Origin: Octopus bimaculoides
Taxonomy: Eukaryota
Length of the DNA: 64,000 bases
Assembly (NCBI RefSeq): GCF_001194135.2
Contig: NC_068981.1
Span: 120,364,108-120,428,107, forward strand
Direction: 5' to 3'
Shown piece after piece: positions 21,737 through 36,700 of the stretch. The position numbers were made by a program, and so were the translations under genes. Position 1 is the first letter of the stretch, and each line of letters opens with the position of its first letter. The notes below the pieces were generated by a model that saw only the letters and a program-made list of their open reading frames with translations, was not told the origin of the DNA and searched no databases.

Positions 21737-24700
21737 TGTATATATATATATACGTACACCTGTCTCATGTATATATATGCAACAACAACAACATATGTAG
21801 ACAAACTTTTTATTTTGTTTTTTGAAGCACTGAATATGTATTGTATTATACTGATAAGAAGGTAATATTTCGAATGCAGTATAGCTGTGAAAACAGCAGA
21901 AAGATTAGGTATTATTACCCTTATAAGACAGAAAAAAATTGTCAACATACAACTATGGGACTTGAATCCATATCCCTCGGATACCAGCTGAGTACTCTCT
22001 CATTAAGCTAAACTGCCCAATACACACACATACATTTACATACATACATCCACACACACGTATGTATATATATATATATATATATATATGCATCCTCAAC
22101 ATCATCATCATCATTTTTACAACTGCTCTTTCATGCTTGCATGGGTTGAATGCATGCTCTCCAACACATCATCCCAACACTTGAGGAGTTCCTTGGTCAT
22201 CTCCTTTGTGCATTTCAGCTTCTTGACATCAACTTTAATCATTCCTGCCCCTATTTTTTTTGCTGTTTTTCTTCCATTGGTTCCTTCCACGTGAACCTCT
22301 TGGCATTTCATCTACTTCTCATCATCCACATGCATGACATGTTCATACCACTTTAGCCATCATTCTTCCACATTACAAGTGATTCTACTCATGTTCGTTT
22401 TTTGTCTTAACTCCTCTGTGCCTTGTCATTCATACATGATAGCATGACATATCCAGTGGATCATGCTCATTTCATTTCATTTGAACCTTTGTATATCAGT
22501 GCTCATGTTTAGTTCTCATTACCATGCAGAATGCTACTTCAAACTGTACAAATGTTTCAATACATCAGTATTCTTTCCCCTTTGAGGAAATACTGATGCA
22601 CTGAAATACTTGTACAGTTGGAAGGAATGGAGGCATGTATGCATGTGTGTATGTGTGTGTTCAGAGAAAAGTTAGTGTGCTGGTTTGGTCAAGTGATGTG
22701 GATGGATGTCAACAACTTCATAAAGAAGTGCCGATCACTCAAAGAAGATGGGACATGTGGAAGGGGGAGACCAGGAAGACATGGGATGAAGTACTGAAGA
22801 ACAACCTCAGGACACTGAACCTTTTGGAGGAGATGACAAAGGACAGGTATGCCTGGTGCCTTGCTGTACTCAAGAGGACCCATCCTCCACAGCAGAAGTG
22901 TTAATGCTGTTCCCCTTGGTGAAGAAGATTGGTCAACATGAGCTCTGTACCAGTACCACATAAAAACCACTTGTGCCTGTGCCACATAAAAGCACTAATG
23001 TTGGTGCCATGTTAAAAGCACCCCACGCACGCACACACACTGTAAAGTGGTTGGTGTTAGGAAGGGTATCCAGCCATAGAAACCAGGCAAAATCTGATTG
23101 GAACCTGGTGTGGCTCTCTGGCTTGCCAGCTCTGGTCAAACCATCCAACTCACGCCAGCATGGAAAACAGACATATAATGATAATGATGATGAAGATGAT
23201 GATATACATACACACACACAGAGCCAATAAAACAAAATATCAACACAAAAGAAAAAAAGAGTAAAAATAAACAGATGAATGACATCAGATGCAAGAAATC
23301 ATAACATCTGTATTTCAAACTGAGTATCAGATAATACATGTATTGGATGTCAATAAACATGTGATATCAATAGCTAATTATGCTCAGGGATCATTGCTGA
23401 ATATACTACTCTGTCCTCCTCCTTCATGGCCACTGCTGTCGCCAAACAACCACAACAACAACAGCAACAACAACAACAAGCTAAATAATAAATGCTTCTA
23501 TTACTAACATCATTGCACTATTAATTTCTTATATATTGACAAAAGATTAGTGTTTGTCAGAAGAACAATACAGCTGGCCACTGCACATTACTGACTCTTA
23601 GTTTTGTCCACTCTTATGAGATGAATGAGTTGACTCTGAGGAAATTTGAACTCAAAGACTATACCTTAAGCTATTTAATCTAGTTCTTTCTGATACTGCA
23701 TCCTGAAATCTCATTTTGACACAAGGCCACAAATTTCTAGAAGGATGTTGTGAATTGAAATCAAACTAAAAAATTACTGGTACATAACAGAGGATAGAAA
23801 CTAAATTTTAATATCAAACATTGGTACAAGACTAGTGGAGGCACGTTGGACTCATGATAGTAAAATTGTGGTTTCGATTTCTGGACTGGGTGATGCATTA
23901 CGTTCTTGAGCAAAACACTTCATTTCACATTGCTCCAGTCCACTCAGCTGGCAAAAATAAGTAATCCTTAGATGGCCTGGTGTCCCATCCAGGTGTGGAA
24001 TATATATGCCATGAAACTGGTCCTTGTGAGTTACATGACTCAAGAAAGTAACTTTAAGGTACAAGACCATACATTTTAGGGCAGGTTATAATCAATTAAG
24101 TTAACCCCAGTCATTGACTGGCACTTAATTTTATTGAGCCTGGAATAACAAAAGGCAAAATTGATCTTGGAGGAATTTGAACCAAGAACACATAGGTGCA
24201 GGCATGGCTGTGTGGTAAGAAGTTTGCTCCCCCACCACAGGGTTCTGAATTTTGTCCTTACTGCATAGCACTTTGGGCAAGTGTCTTCTACTGTAGCCCT
24301 GGGCTGTCAAAAAGCTTTGTTAGTGGATTTGGTTGGTAGACAGAAAGTGAAAGAAACCCCTTGTGTATATATATATATATGTAAATATGTGTGTGTTTGT
24401 TTGTGATTTCTTGTCTTAACATTGTGTGATAGTTGTAAAATGATTGCCACAGTTAACAGGCAGTGTCATTCATTTCCAATATTCAATATTCTGTGAGAAG
24501 ATCTTGTTTGAAAACAGGTGTCGGTGACAGGAAGGTTATCTGGCTGTAAAAATCTGCCCAAGCATGGAAAAGAGGAGGTTAAAACGATGATGATAATGGT
24601 AAAGGACTGCTTGCTGATTTAAATAAGATATTAGCATTTCATCAGTTTCAAATCAGAAATCACAGTAGGAAAGTTGTATTGAAAACATGGTTGAAGCACT

Positions 24701-27700
24701 TTTTATTCTTGTTAAGCCACAAAAAATGATCAGTAAAATACTAAGAGAGAAAAAATACTGGTGGAAATTAAATTAGTTCTTTTTTGAATATCAGATGGAG
24801 CTAAATTAAAACTAATGCTTGTTTTAAAGAGAAAAACTATGTCAAAGGAAAAATTTCCCAAAAAGAATTATTGTACATATGTAACCAAAATGCTGGATGG
24901 ATAAAAATAGACATAGAAAATGGATAAAGGAAGTTTGGAATTTATAACTTGTGGACAATGCAAGGAAAAGAATTTGCAATTGATTTAGGTTATCAACTGA
25001 AGAGTATTGTTGATAATTTCTAATCACATAACACTGATATAGCAGTAATTCCTGGCAAGCTTACAAGTGTTTTGCAACCATTATATATATTGGTATTAAT
25101 AAGCCATTTAATAAGATGACAAGGATGAAAGGGAGTAACAAGATGAGTGATAGAGTAATATCATTCATGAAAGGAGGCAATAAGCCAGCTCCATCACTAC
25201 CTCTTATCTGTGAATGGATTGTTAATTCATGGAAGAAATTTAAAAGCTGACAAATCACTCAAGAAATGTGGAATTTTGAATGCATTGAGGATGAATAGGA
25301 CAATGATAATGAAGAAATAGCAGATGATGTACAACCTATAATAACTGACAGTGATGATAAAGAAGCAACATATAATGATATTATTAATAAAAATTAAAAT
25401 TTTTTGTCTGATTAATAACAATTTTTTGTCAGTGTTGAAATGATGAACAATGTAATTTTGTATCAATTCAATGCAGTTTCATACTTGAAATGTTTTAAGA
25501 TTTACCACATAATTGTAATTTAAAACCATATTAAATTTCTATCTTCATTTTGTATACATAAGTAAATCTTGCTAATTAATTTTCATTCACAGTATTTTTA
25601 TTTTTGTTTTAATATTTACAGACTTAAACTGATCTGAACAGCCTAATCAGAAACTAAAATTCATCAGCTATATACAATACTGTAATGAATACAACTTGGA
25701 TGAAGGCAGCTGGTCAAGTGTGACGGATATGAGTAAAATAGCAAGTATAAATAGTCGTAACAGTTACAGGGTCATATTTACTTATTAGCATCATCATCAT
25801 CATCGTCGTTTAATGTCTGCTTTCCATGCTGGCATGAGTTGGACGATTTGACTGAGGACTGGTGAAACCAGATGGCTACACCAGGCTCCAATCTGACTGT
25901 TTTAATACATATACTGGATAACTATGGCTATAATTAATGTAATTCCTTGTTTTCTTCCACTATTCATTTAAGAAATCATCTATGATACTATGGGGTATAC
26001 TTGAATTGTAGCATCTCACGAGTGGAATCCAAGTAATAGTCAACACATAAAATTTAGCCCCAAAATCTTTCACATAGGGTATCAGCTGACTGGGTCTTTT
26101 GGTGTCTTATGAGAGTTCACATGCTTGCAGACATTTAGATCAGGTCTAAAGATAACCCATGTGTTGGCATTCTGACTGTCCTTTCTTTCACCAATCTCAG
26201 AGTTCCAGCAAAGATGTCATGAGTGTTGCCCTTCGTGATTGTAGAGTTCATTCCATCCTTCTGCTACTTTTGAGACACAGCTGCACAAAACCCCCATCAA
26301 TTATCTAGAAACTTGGTCCAAAGCAAATTTCAAATAATGTATACCAAATCCACATTACCCTTATCAGAGAGCATCATCGTCATCATCATCATCAACACTT
26401 AACATATGTTTTCCATGCTGGCATGGGTTGGACAGCTTGACAGGAACTGGCAAGGCCAGTGGCCACATAAAGTTTCATAGTCTATCTTGGTTTGGTTTCT
26501 ATGATTGGATGCCCTTTCTAATGCCAACCACTCCACAGAGTGTATTGGGTGCTTTTTACATGGCACCATCACCAGCACTTTTTATGTGGCACCAGTACCA
26601 GTGCTTTTTATGTGGAACCAGCACTCATGACATTGCTTCTCACATGGCATTTTTGTTTAAGGATAAAAAATATTAGTAGTAAACTATTTAAGATAAAAAA
26701 TATTAGTAGTAAACTCCAACACTAAAACACCCTGCCTGTTATAATACACGAAAAACATCACCTCTAAACACCCAGAACACAACTGCAACATCTTACGAAC
26801 ACTCTCTGCCATACAACCAAGACAAACATAAAAAAAAATGACACAAACAATGCATGAACACACACACATACACACAGTTTCAACACTGACAGCCACCATA
26901 GCTCCAAAGCACTGTACTGTGATGCAAGCCTCCAATAATAAGTGCTTGACTTAGCAGTAGTCACACCAGGATGTACAGGTCTACCAAGAGAGTGCAAAGT
27001 GTCCATACTGTCACACTGCATATCATTTGATTTACTATTGCATGTCATAATGTGTATTGAGGTTCTCAATTAGGTAGAGTCATTGTATATCTGGAAAAAC
27101 AAATCTGTGGTCACACCTACTTATTTGCATTTGGCCAACTTTTTGTCCAAACAGAAATGATCTGGAATTAATCAACTGGTCAAGCTTGCTCAAATTTGTC
27201 TGACTCAAACATATGTTCAGATGATCAGCAAAGCTGAGTTTTGTTAGACAACTGACCCAAGTATATTCATGCTGGAATGACTAACAGAGTATATCACAGG
27301 TTAAGTTCTTTCTCAGCTCTGTAGCAATCAGTAATTGCAAGAGGGTTGCCATACAGTTTTGTTAGGGTGGATGTCTATTCCATGAGATATTTGGAATGAC
27401 CCTTAACATGCAGGTGTAAGCACCTTTAAGCCTTGCCTTTAGATATTTTATAAATGTTCAAGCAGTAGTCCCATACATTAGCACTGATTCCACAGCAGCA
27501 GCAGGGCTACTGTACAGTCACCAAACACTTTGAGGTAAGGCTTGATGATGCATACACTGACATGTATACCATCCTGCATATTCCCTAGAAAAGCTTTCAA
27601 CCAAACAAAGACTGGATTTATGCAACTAAAACACCATCCTTCTCAGTTCATACACAAACAATAATAACCAATACACATGCTGTACTGGAGAAGACCTGTC

Positions 27701-30700
27701 AAGCCAAGTGAAATCATAGTCGTGGCTGATGCCAGTGTTGCATAACTGGGATGTAAAAAGCACACTTCAAACTTTAGGGCCTCAAAGATGCAGTGACAAG
27801 TGACTGAGAACTTTGGCAATATACTGTGCTTGAGAAGACCTATTAAGCCAAGTGAAATTGCAGTTGTGGCCGATGCCAGTGTTTCATAACTGGCACCCAT
27901 GCCGGTAGCATGTAAAAAGCATCCACTACACTCTGGGAGTGGTTGGCATTAGGAATGGCATCCAGCTGTAGAAATCTTGCCAAATCAGATTGGAACTTGA
28001 TGCAGCTTACCAGTTTTCAGTCAAACCGGCCAATCCATGCCAGCATGGAAAACGGATGTTAAATTATGATGATGATGACACAAAACAACATGGTTGGACT
28101 GCTACACTGGACTGTAAACCACTCTTTATGTATTTACAGGGTATTGTCCTCTACTACTGGAGGCATGGTGTCTTTGAAACATGGGATCTGTGGATTGTAC
28201 CTAGTCATCTGATTGACTACCTACATGCTTTAGGTCTGTTCAACCTAGGTTGACTGGAGTTTGCAACAACAGAGGCAACAACTATCATTAAAAAAGAAAT
28301 AAGCTACAGAACCAAAACAAGTTTTCAATATAATGATAAGTCTTTTGTCAGTTATGAAACAATGAAAGAAGCAAAAAAAAAAAATAAGAGAATAAGATTA
28401 AATGCTCCTTGATGTTTTCTAGAAACATATCAAAGGTTACAGTTCAAAGACCAGATGTAGAATCAATATATAAGAGTAACGATAATGAGAAGATGATTTA
28501 ATGGCTTATTGGAATAGTTGCTAAACACTAGCATGTATCAATATCATTTGGCAATTTCCCTTTTACTTTGTTCTCTCCTAACAGAACTTTCCAGTTGAAT
28601 ATCTCAGAACCAAAGGTGAAACTGCTCTTGGTTTCTTTTCTATGCTCTAAACATTTTTTTTCACCAACTCCATTGTACTTGTATGCTACTTTTATGTTAT
28701 GTTTACCCTGTCTATTAACTTATTGGTTTCCAATTCTTATTTTAAATAGTGTAATTATCTATCTTATTCTGTCAACTATTTGATTGAGATGTTAAGTCTG
28801 CTGAAGAAATTCAATCAACAATTTGAGCTAGTATACTTGGTAAAAGCTTACATCCATGAGTATGGAAAGTGATACATTAGAAACATCTCTCACCAACATT
28901 ATACTATATCTCTAGAGCATATTAGGAATTTCTGCACCATATAGGTGGAGGTGCATGGCTTAATGCTTAGGGTGTTGGGCTCACAACCATAAGAATGTGG
29001 TTTGAATTCCTAGAGCAGGCAACGTGTTGTTTTTGAGTAAAACACTTGACTTCATGTTGCTCCAGTTCACTCAGCTGCAGCAATACATATCACAAGTGGA
29101 GGTGCATTGCTTAGTGATTAGGGTGTTGGATTTGTGACAGTAAGACTTTGATTTTGATCCCTGGACTGGGCAATCCATTGCGTTCTTGAGCAAAATACTT
29201 CATTTCACACCACTCCAGTCCACTCAGCTGGCAAAAATGAGTTTAGCCTAAAGAGGGATGGGCTCCGCCAGGCTTTTTTGCCCTAGATATGCTGCATGGC
29301 TGCAACATCCCATCGACTCCCAAGGGGTTAAGGGACATGTTGTTGTCAACACCATATGGTAGCTTGAGAAATAAACCTAATTCATTGCTTGGTTTAATAC
29401 CATCATCTTAAATACATTCAGTGGTGTTTACTATGTCACAAGGATTTGGATACCAAAACCTTCCATGCTTTGTTCTAGTAGTCTCATATTTATGTCTTTT
29501 ATGTTTTACTTGTTTCAGTCATTAGACTGTGGCCACACTGGGGTACTGCCTTGAAGAACTTTTAGTCGAATGTATCAACCTCAATACTTTTTAAAGCCAA
29601 GTACTCATTCTATCGATCTCTTTTGCTGAACCATTAAGTTATGGAGATGGAAACACACCAATACTGGTTGTCAAATGGTGATGGGGAACAAACATAGACA
29701 CACACACAGATACATATATACGACGAGCTTCTTTCAGTTTCTGTCTACCAAATCCATTCACAAGGCATTAGTTGGCCCAAGGCTACAGAAAAAGACATTT
29801 GCCCAAGGTGCCATTCAGTAGGATTGAACCCGGAATCATATGGTTGGAAAGCAAGCTTCTTACCACATAGCCATGCCTGCGCCTGTCTTTATCTTTTATC
29901 TTTTTCTTGTTTCAGTCATTTGACTGCAGCAATGCTGGGGCTCTGCCTTGAAGAATTTTAGTTGAATAAATTGACCCCAGTACTTTTTTTTTAAATCCTG
30001 GAACTTATTCTATCAATCTCTATTGCTGAACTGCTAAGTTATAGGGATGAAAACACACCAACACAGGTTGTCAAGTGGTGAGGGGGAACAAACACACACA
30101 TATACGATGGGTTTCTTTCAGTTTCTGCCTACTAAATCCACTCACAAGGCTTTGGGTCAACCCGAGGTTATAGTAGAAGATACTTGCCCAAGATGTCATG
30201 CCGTAAGACTGAACTCGGAACCATGTAGTTGGGAAGCAAAGCTTCTTAACACACAACCCTCTCACCAAAAAAGAGTATTGACTCTGTCCTTCCTCTTAAG
30301 ACTAAATCATAAAAGACAAAAATATCTGCCTTCATTCTTGGGTGATAGAAATTATTAGATATACTCAAATAAAAGTTGGCACAGTGTTAAAGCTGATCCT
30401 ACATTTTTTTGTGGGAAGCTAAAAATACGGAATTTACCATTTATCTCATGTCAAGGCAATAACAAAAATGATTGCCATAATGTCATCAACAATGGTAATA
30501 AAAACAACAATAACAGTAGCAAAATCAATAGTAACAACAATTTCTTAACAACAACAGCAGCATCACCACTACCAAAGCCACCATTAATGACAACTGAAAC
30601 ATCAAAAACAGCAATTACTATGATAATAATTATGAGTAAATAAGAAAGCCTCTACATGGTTGGTCATCCTGCTAAAAATACCAGCTAAATTTTCCTTGTA

Positions 30701-33700
30701 TCACATTCTTCCTTTGTTTTAAAAAATATGAAAGTGGGTGATATAGATCTAGAGACAATATAGCTGTAAAAAAACAACAAAACAAAACTGGATGGTCACT
30801 GATAGAATGTCTGATATCAAGCAGGGCTGATTATTATTATTATTATTATTACTATTATTATTATTATTATTAATAATAATAATAATAATAAGAAGAAGAA
30901 GATGAATGAATGAATGAATGAATGAATGAATGGTGGCAATAATAACACCAACAAAACAAGAGCATCCATTAATGAGTGAACATCGTTAATGAAAATATCA
31001 TGCCTCACCTGTTCTACAAGCACACTTTTCTTTAAGACATAAAACTCACTGATTTCTTTACAGAATGTCATGAAACATTCTTTCTCAACATCCCAGTTCA
31101 CCTGTAATAAAATGAAACATAACAGCCATGATTATAAGGCAGGATAGGTTTCTGTTTAGATTTAATCTTCATCACAATATCTCACACTTGGTTACACAAT
31201 CAGAAGAAATGTTTCAATCAATATTGAGGAAAAAGTCAATAAATATAAAAATAAAAGAAAATACATATTTTACACAACAAAACTTTTATCATCATCATCA
31301 TAATCAAAATTTAATGCCCATTTTCCTTGCTGGCATGGGCTGGATGGCTTGACAGGAACTGGCAAGACCAGGGGCCACACCAGGTTCCATAGTTTGTTTT
31401 GGCTAGGTTTCTCCAGCTGGATGCCCTTCCTAATGCCAACCACTTTACAAAGTGAACTGAGTGCTTTTTACGTAACACCAGCACTCATATCAATGCTTTT
31501 TACATGACACCTTGGTTTCAGAATCTCAATTCTGTTGTGGTGGGTGGGTTTTCTTGATTATATATGGACAAATAAATAAAATAAACTGATGTATGAGTCA
31601 ATGGCTGAGCTTCTGTACGGCTGGGTACCATGCTAGATAAATCAGTAAAATCTCCTTCAAATTACCCCAATTACCTTTGAAAAGGACACACTGGATAATA
31701 GTTCATGGCGCAAAATACCTGTAAAAAGATGGGATGGTCATACTAGAATGCTTTTGATCATGGGTGCCCTTACTTCTAACTGCACCTGTGCATCTGTTAT
31801 ATATGAAGTTTTCCTTTTCTGCCAGTCTGCACCTTTTCTTCACCTGTATTTTATATTGGGTATACTGTATAAAATTCCTACTTATTTCTTTTCTGCATAT
31901 TGAGCATGGCCATTTCCCCAACAGCAGTAAAGGTTTGTCTTCTTTCCAGCTAACTGCTCTGTGATCTTCTGATTTTAAGTTTTGCTTCCAGGTTTAGAAT
32001 TTCTTCTCTAAATCTTTGACAAATTCTACTCTAAGAATCAATATACAGAAGTTACTATGAACATCAAATCTTAAACTTCTCTGTTATGATATAGAGAACT
32101 GTAATAAACAGTAGGGGCATGAACATTGTGCTCTGATGAACATTCAGCCACATGCTAAATTCCTGGCTGAAATACTAGCTAACTCTTATCTTGCTAATAA
32201 TAACTCTATGTGGTTTGCATGGCTCTCACAGACCATTCATCTAAACTTAGTTTTCTATAGTGTATGGTGCCATGTCAAAGACCTTCTTCAGGTCAATAAA
32301 TGTTAAGTATAGACATCACACTAGAATAAGGGCATTAGTAGTGCTTTGTCCTGAAACAAACCTGAACTTTATATCAGGTGACTTACTTCCTAATCAGTTG
32401 TGCTATAATTCTGTTACTTTTATAACTTGGTTCATCAATTTTACACTTCAGTAGGTGTTTGTTTCTAGGGATTTCCTTTGTGTTTGTAGCAGCTGTTGAC
32501 GATACTGTGACACCTGTCATCAGGTATGACACCTCCCTGTACTACATGATTAACATAGCAAATAACTAACATGTATATTACTTCACTGAATATTTCAACA
32601 TTTGAGCAGCTAGCCCAGACAGTTCACTTGTTTTCTGTCTTCATATCAGTAACTTCCTTTTCAACTGTATAAGCTGTCAGCTTCAATAGTTGGTACATCA
32701 GTTGTGTCTAAGTGCAGTATAACCTCTTTCTTTATCATGCATTCTTAGCACTAAGGAATCTCTTGCAGCAACAATTCTTTGTTGCTTTCTTTTTGGTGTA
32801 TATTCTTCTCCTCAATGATGTTATGATACATCATACAATACTGATTTGTGATCCAAAATATTTCCATATCCAATCCCTTCATTCTAGATCACTAATGAAT
32901 CTCCCATGTTCATCTTCTCTCAGTGCTATTGATGTCTAACAGTTCTTCTGGCTACCTGGTATTGTTCCTTGCTCCTCTCCTTTCTTTCAATCTTTCTGTT
33001 TGTCTCTTAGCTTTTATGACTCTGTCTACTACACCATTCTGCTACTGTTACCATCTGCCTGGTTGAAACTATATTCCTAGATGTAGCTGGTGGATTACAG
33101 TAGGTTGTCTTGTAAAACCCCTATTCTCTATCTTATAAGTCTCTTATCTGCTCTTCCATCACACCACACATGTCAACTAGTCCTGCTTTGAACATATCTG
33201 GTCTGAGAGATCTATTTGTTTCTGTACCTTCCTTTTCTAGATTGTCTTGTATCTCCGAATCTCTCTAGTTCTTACTCTGATGTCACTAACCATACATCAA
33301 TATCAAGAGGTACATTGGAGAAGGATTTAGTATACACAGTTGTCTGTCCCACATTGTGGAAAGCATGCAGTCTATTTGGCATCTATGTTAACATGAATGG
33401 TAAGCAATCAAGCAGCTAGCAGGTTTCCTTAAGTCAGGGTTGAAAATGGTTACGTTATTGTGTGTGTGTGCGCGTGCATGTGAGTGCATGTTTTTGTTTG
33501 TTTGTGGGGGATGGCCAAGCAAGAATCCAAATGCCTTGCAATATTTATTCCAAATGAGTAATAAACGTTTTATGCCAAGCTGGACTTCACTATTTCATCC
33601 TTTATGAAATCAATATAAGCACCAGACAAAGTACTGGAGTAAATAAAAATTAATTAAGGAGGTGAGCTGGCAGAATCGTTAGCAAAGCAGGCAAAATGCT

Positions 33701-36700
33701 TAATGGCATTTTGTACATCTTTATGATCTGAGTTCAAATTCCACCGAGGTCAACTTTTCCTTTCATCCTTTCAGGGTCGATAAAATAAGTACAAGTTGAG
33801 CACTGGGGCTGATGTAATTGACTTAGCCCCTTCTCTGAAATTGCTGGCCTTGTGTCAAAGTTTGAAACTAATATAGTTAACTAAAATTCTAGAATGAGGT
33901 GCCTCAGCATGGTTGCAATCGAACATTTAAACCAGTAAAAGTAAATTGAAAAGAGAAAAAGAGAGAAAATTAAGGGGTTTTTACCTCTGTAGCAATTCGC
34001 AGAATAAAAAGAGGCAAATTTTCCATTGGAGGTATATAGTTATCTAAAAGCATTGGTAGTGTGCACAAGTTGTTATTCTAGAAAGGAATGAAAAATGATT
34101 TAAGCAAATGGTTAAAATATAAAATATAATTTACAACATCAAAGAGTCTCATATAATGAACATTTGATATACAATACAGAGGCAGACATTTACAGACATT
34201 ACTAAAAGTGAGAAACAGATTTTTCATGGTTTTAAAATGACAACACTAATTTGTTTATGACAATATAGCTAATAATTTACAATATGTGTTTTCCCATCTA
34301 CATACATACACACACATATTATAGACTAGACTACCTGTGACCCTCTGGGTCACCTGGAAAGTCTGAGTTTCCCATCGATGGAGTTTTGTTTCATGGGTTT
34401 TTTTTTTCTTTTCCAGATTATTTTGCATGCTTTCAACGAATGTGACATCAAAATCACATGTAAATAGCTCCTTTCCCCAGAAAAGGAAAGATTTGGCTGC
34501 TTTTTCTTGCATGCCCTGCCATCACATAACAGGTATTTCGGGTCCTTTATTACAAATAGCAGTTATGTAGTAGCAGGGCATGCTAGAAATAGTAGCCATA
34601 TCTTTGGAGCTGAGATACGTTGAATGCACTTGAAAAAATTTTTGTAGTGGTATTTTCTTAGGGTGATCTTTCACTTTGACTCTCAGAACTGTCATCCAGA
34701 TCAGCTGGTTTTGTTCGTTAATTTCCGTAAATTTTTTTTATTCATTTACTTTTGCTTTAAAGTGAAAGAGAGGAGAAAGTGAAAGATGTATGTATGTGTA
34801 TATGAAATGGACTTGTGTGTGTGTGTGTGAGAGAGAGAGAGAGTGAGAGAGAGAGAGAGAGTGCCACTTACACATTCATGAGAACACACATGTTCACTCT
34901 CTCTCTCACACATGCACATGTACATACAAAAAAGATGTATACATATGTATTGATGTATGTATGTATACATGACAATACACCCCTTCACTCTCTCTCTTTC
35001 TCTTTTTTTTCTCTCTTCCTCTCACTCTCTCTTTCACACACACAAACATCTATTTCATATACACATACATACATCTTTCACTTTCTTCTCTCTTTCACTT
35101 TAAAACAAAAGTAAATAAATAAAAAATTTTTACGGAAATTAACGACTTGAAATAATTAAAAAAAAAACATTAAAATATTGTCTGCTTAAAGAAAGCTAAA
35201 ATATAAAGACTTACTGTACAAACAACTTACATTTTTGAAATCACATTCAGTTAAAAATATTTCTAACTGATTATTGTGTGCGTCAAAAAGTCGATGTTTT
35301 TTTTTCGTAGAGAATGCAAAGACTATATGTGTGTATATGTCACAGATAGCGGATGTGTGTTTGTGCTGACTGACAATGCCATGACATTCATTATATGTGT
35401 GTGCATTCTGTATGTGTGTATGTGTGTTGATGTCATGGGTAAACACAAAATTTGTGCTTTTTTGTTTTCATTAATAGAGGTCTAAATGTCACAAAAATTT
35501 GTACTGCACTACTGAAGGTAAGTATAAAAATAAATATGCAAAAAAAATTAAAATAAGATATACTGTTTCTGAGATATTTCAGGTATACACAAACATCTCT
35601 GGAGTTTTAGTATTATTAAGATTAAGAGGAGGTATCAAAAAGTTCCCGGACTAGTTCTGTAGCTGGTTGCATGCATAGTGAGAGCTAGCAGTGACCTTCA
35701 TGAGGCAGTATATTGAGTGACATCACAGTGTTTACTAGTGAAATTTGTGTTTTTGTGATCACATCTATGCTGTAGTCTGCGATTTTGTCATGGACATAAA
35801 CAAAGAGCCAATGTGAAATTTGCATTAAACTTGGGAAGTCTGCTACAGAGACATGGACCATGCCTTGGCAAGCCAACAGTGATGAGGCGATGGCTTGTAC
35901 ACAATGTCTCAAGTGACATAAGTGCTTCAAAAGTGGAAGAATGTCCCTGGAAGATGATGAGCGATCTGAAAGGCCTACCATATGCATCACTCCTAGAAAT
36001 GTAGTATTGTGCATTCAAGAATTCATCAATCAAGAGTTCTACATTTCCAAGCATTTGAGGGAGGACAGTCAGTGAAAACGACTGGATTTGTGGAGTGCGA
36101 AGGATTGGATTCTTCACCAAATTCATGAGTTTCTAACCAAAAACATGGTATCACTTCTGCACCCACTCTATTCATCAGATTTAGCACCTGTGGACTTCCC
36201 TAAGATGAAAATGCAGCTCAAAGGTCACTGTTTTAACACCTCTGTCACAGGAGGTCCTTGACTCACAGAAAACAACTTCCGGGCTGGATTCCAAAAGTGG
36301 CAGGAATGCTGGGACCAGTGTTTTACTGCACAAGGTGACTATTTCAAAGGAGATGATGTTTAAAATTAGGTAAATAAGTTATTTTTTATTAAACATAACT
36401 AGTCCGGGAACCTTTTGATATCACCTTGTATATGCATACATACATACATACATACATATACAGGTTTGGCCAAAAGTCACCTGACAGTAAATCAAACCAT
36501 TTAATTCCAAGATTTATTTATGTTTAACAACTGAAAGAATTTAATAAAAACATCTAAATATGAAACATCATGGAAATTGTTCAAACTGAAGTCCTTCTTG
36601 AGTGACACATTTTTCCAAATGAACAAATAAAATTGAATATTAATATATTTATGGAATTTTGATTTACTGTTGGGTGACTTTTGGCCAACCCTATATATAT

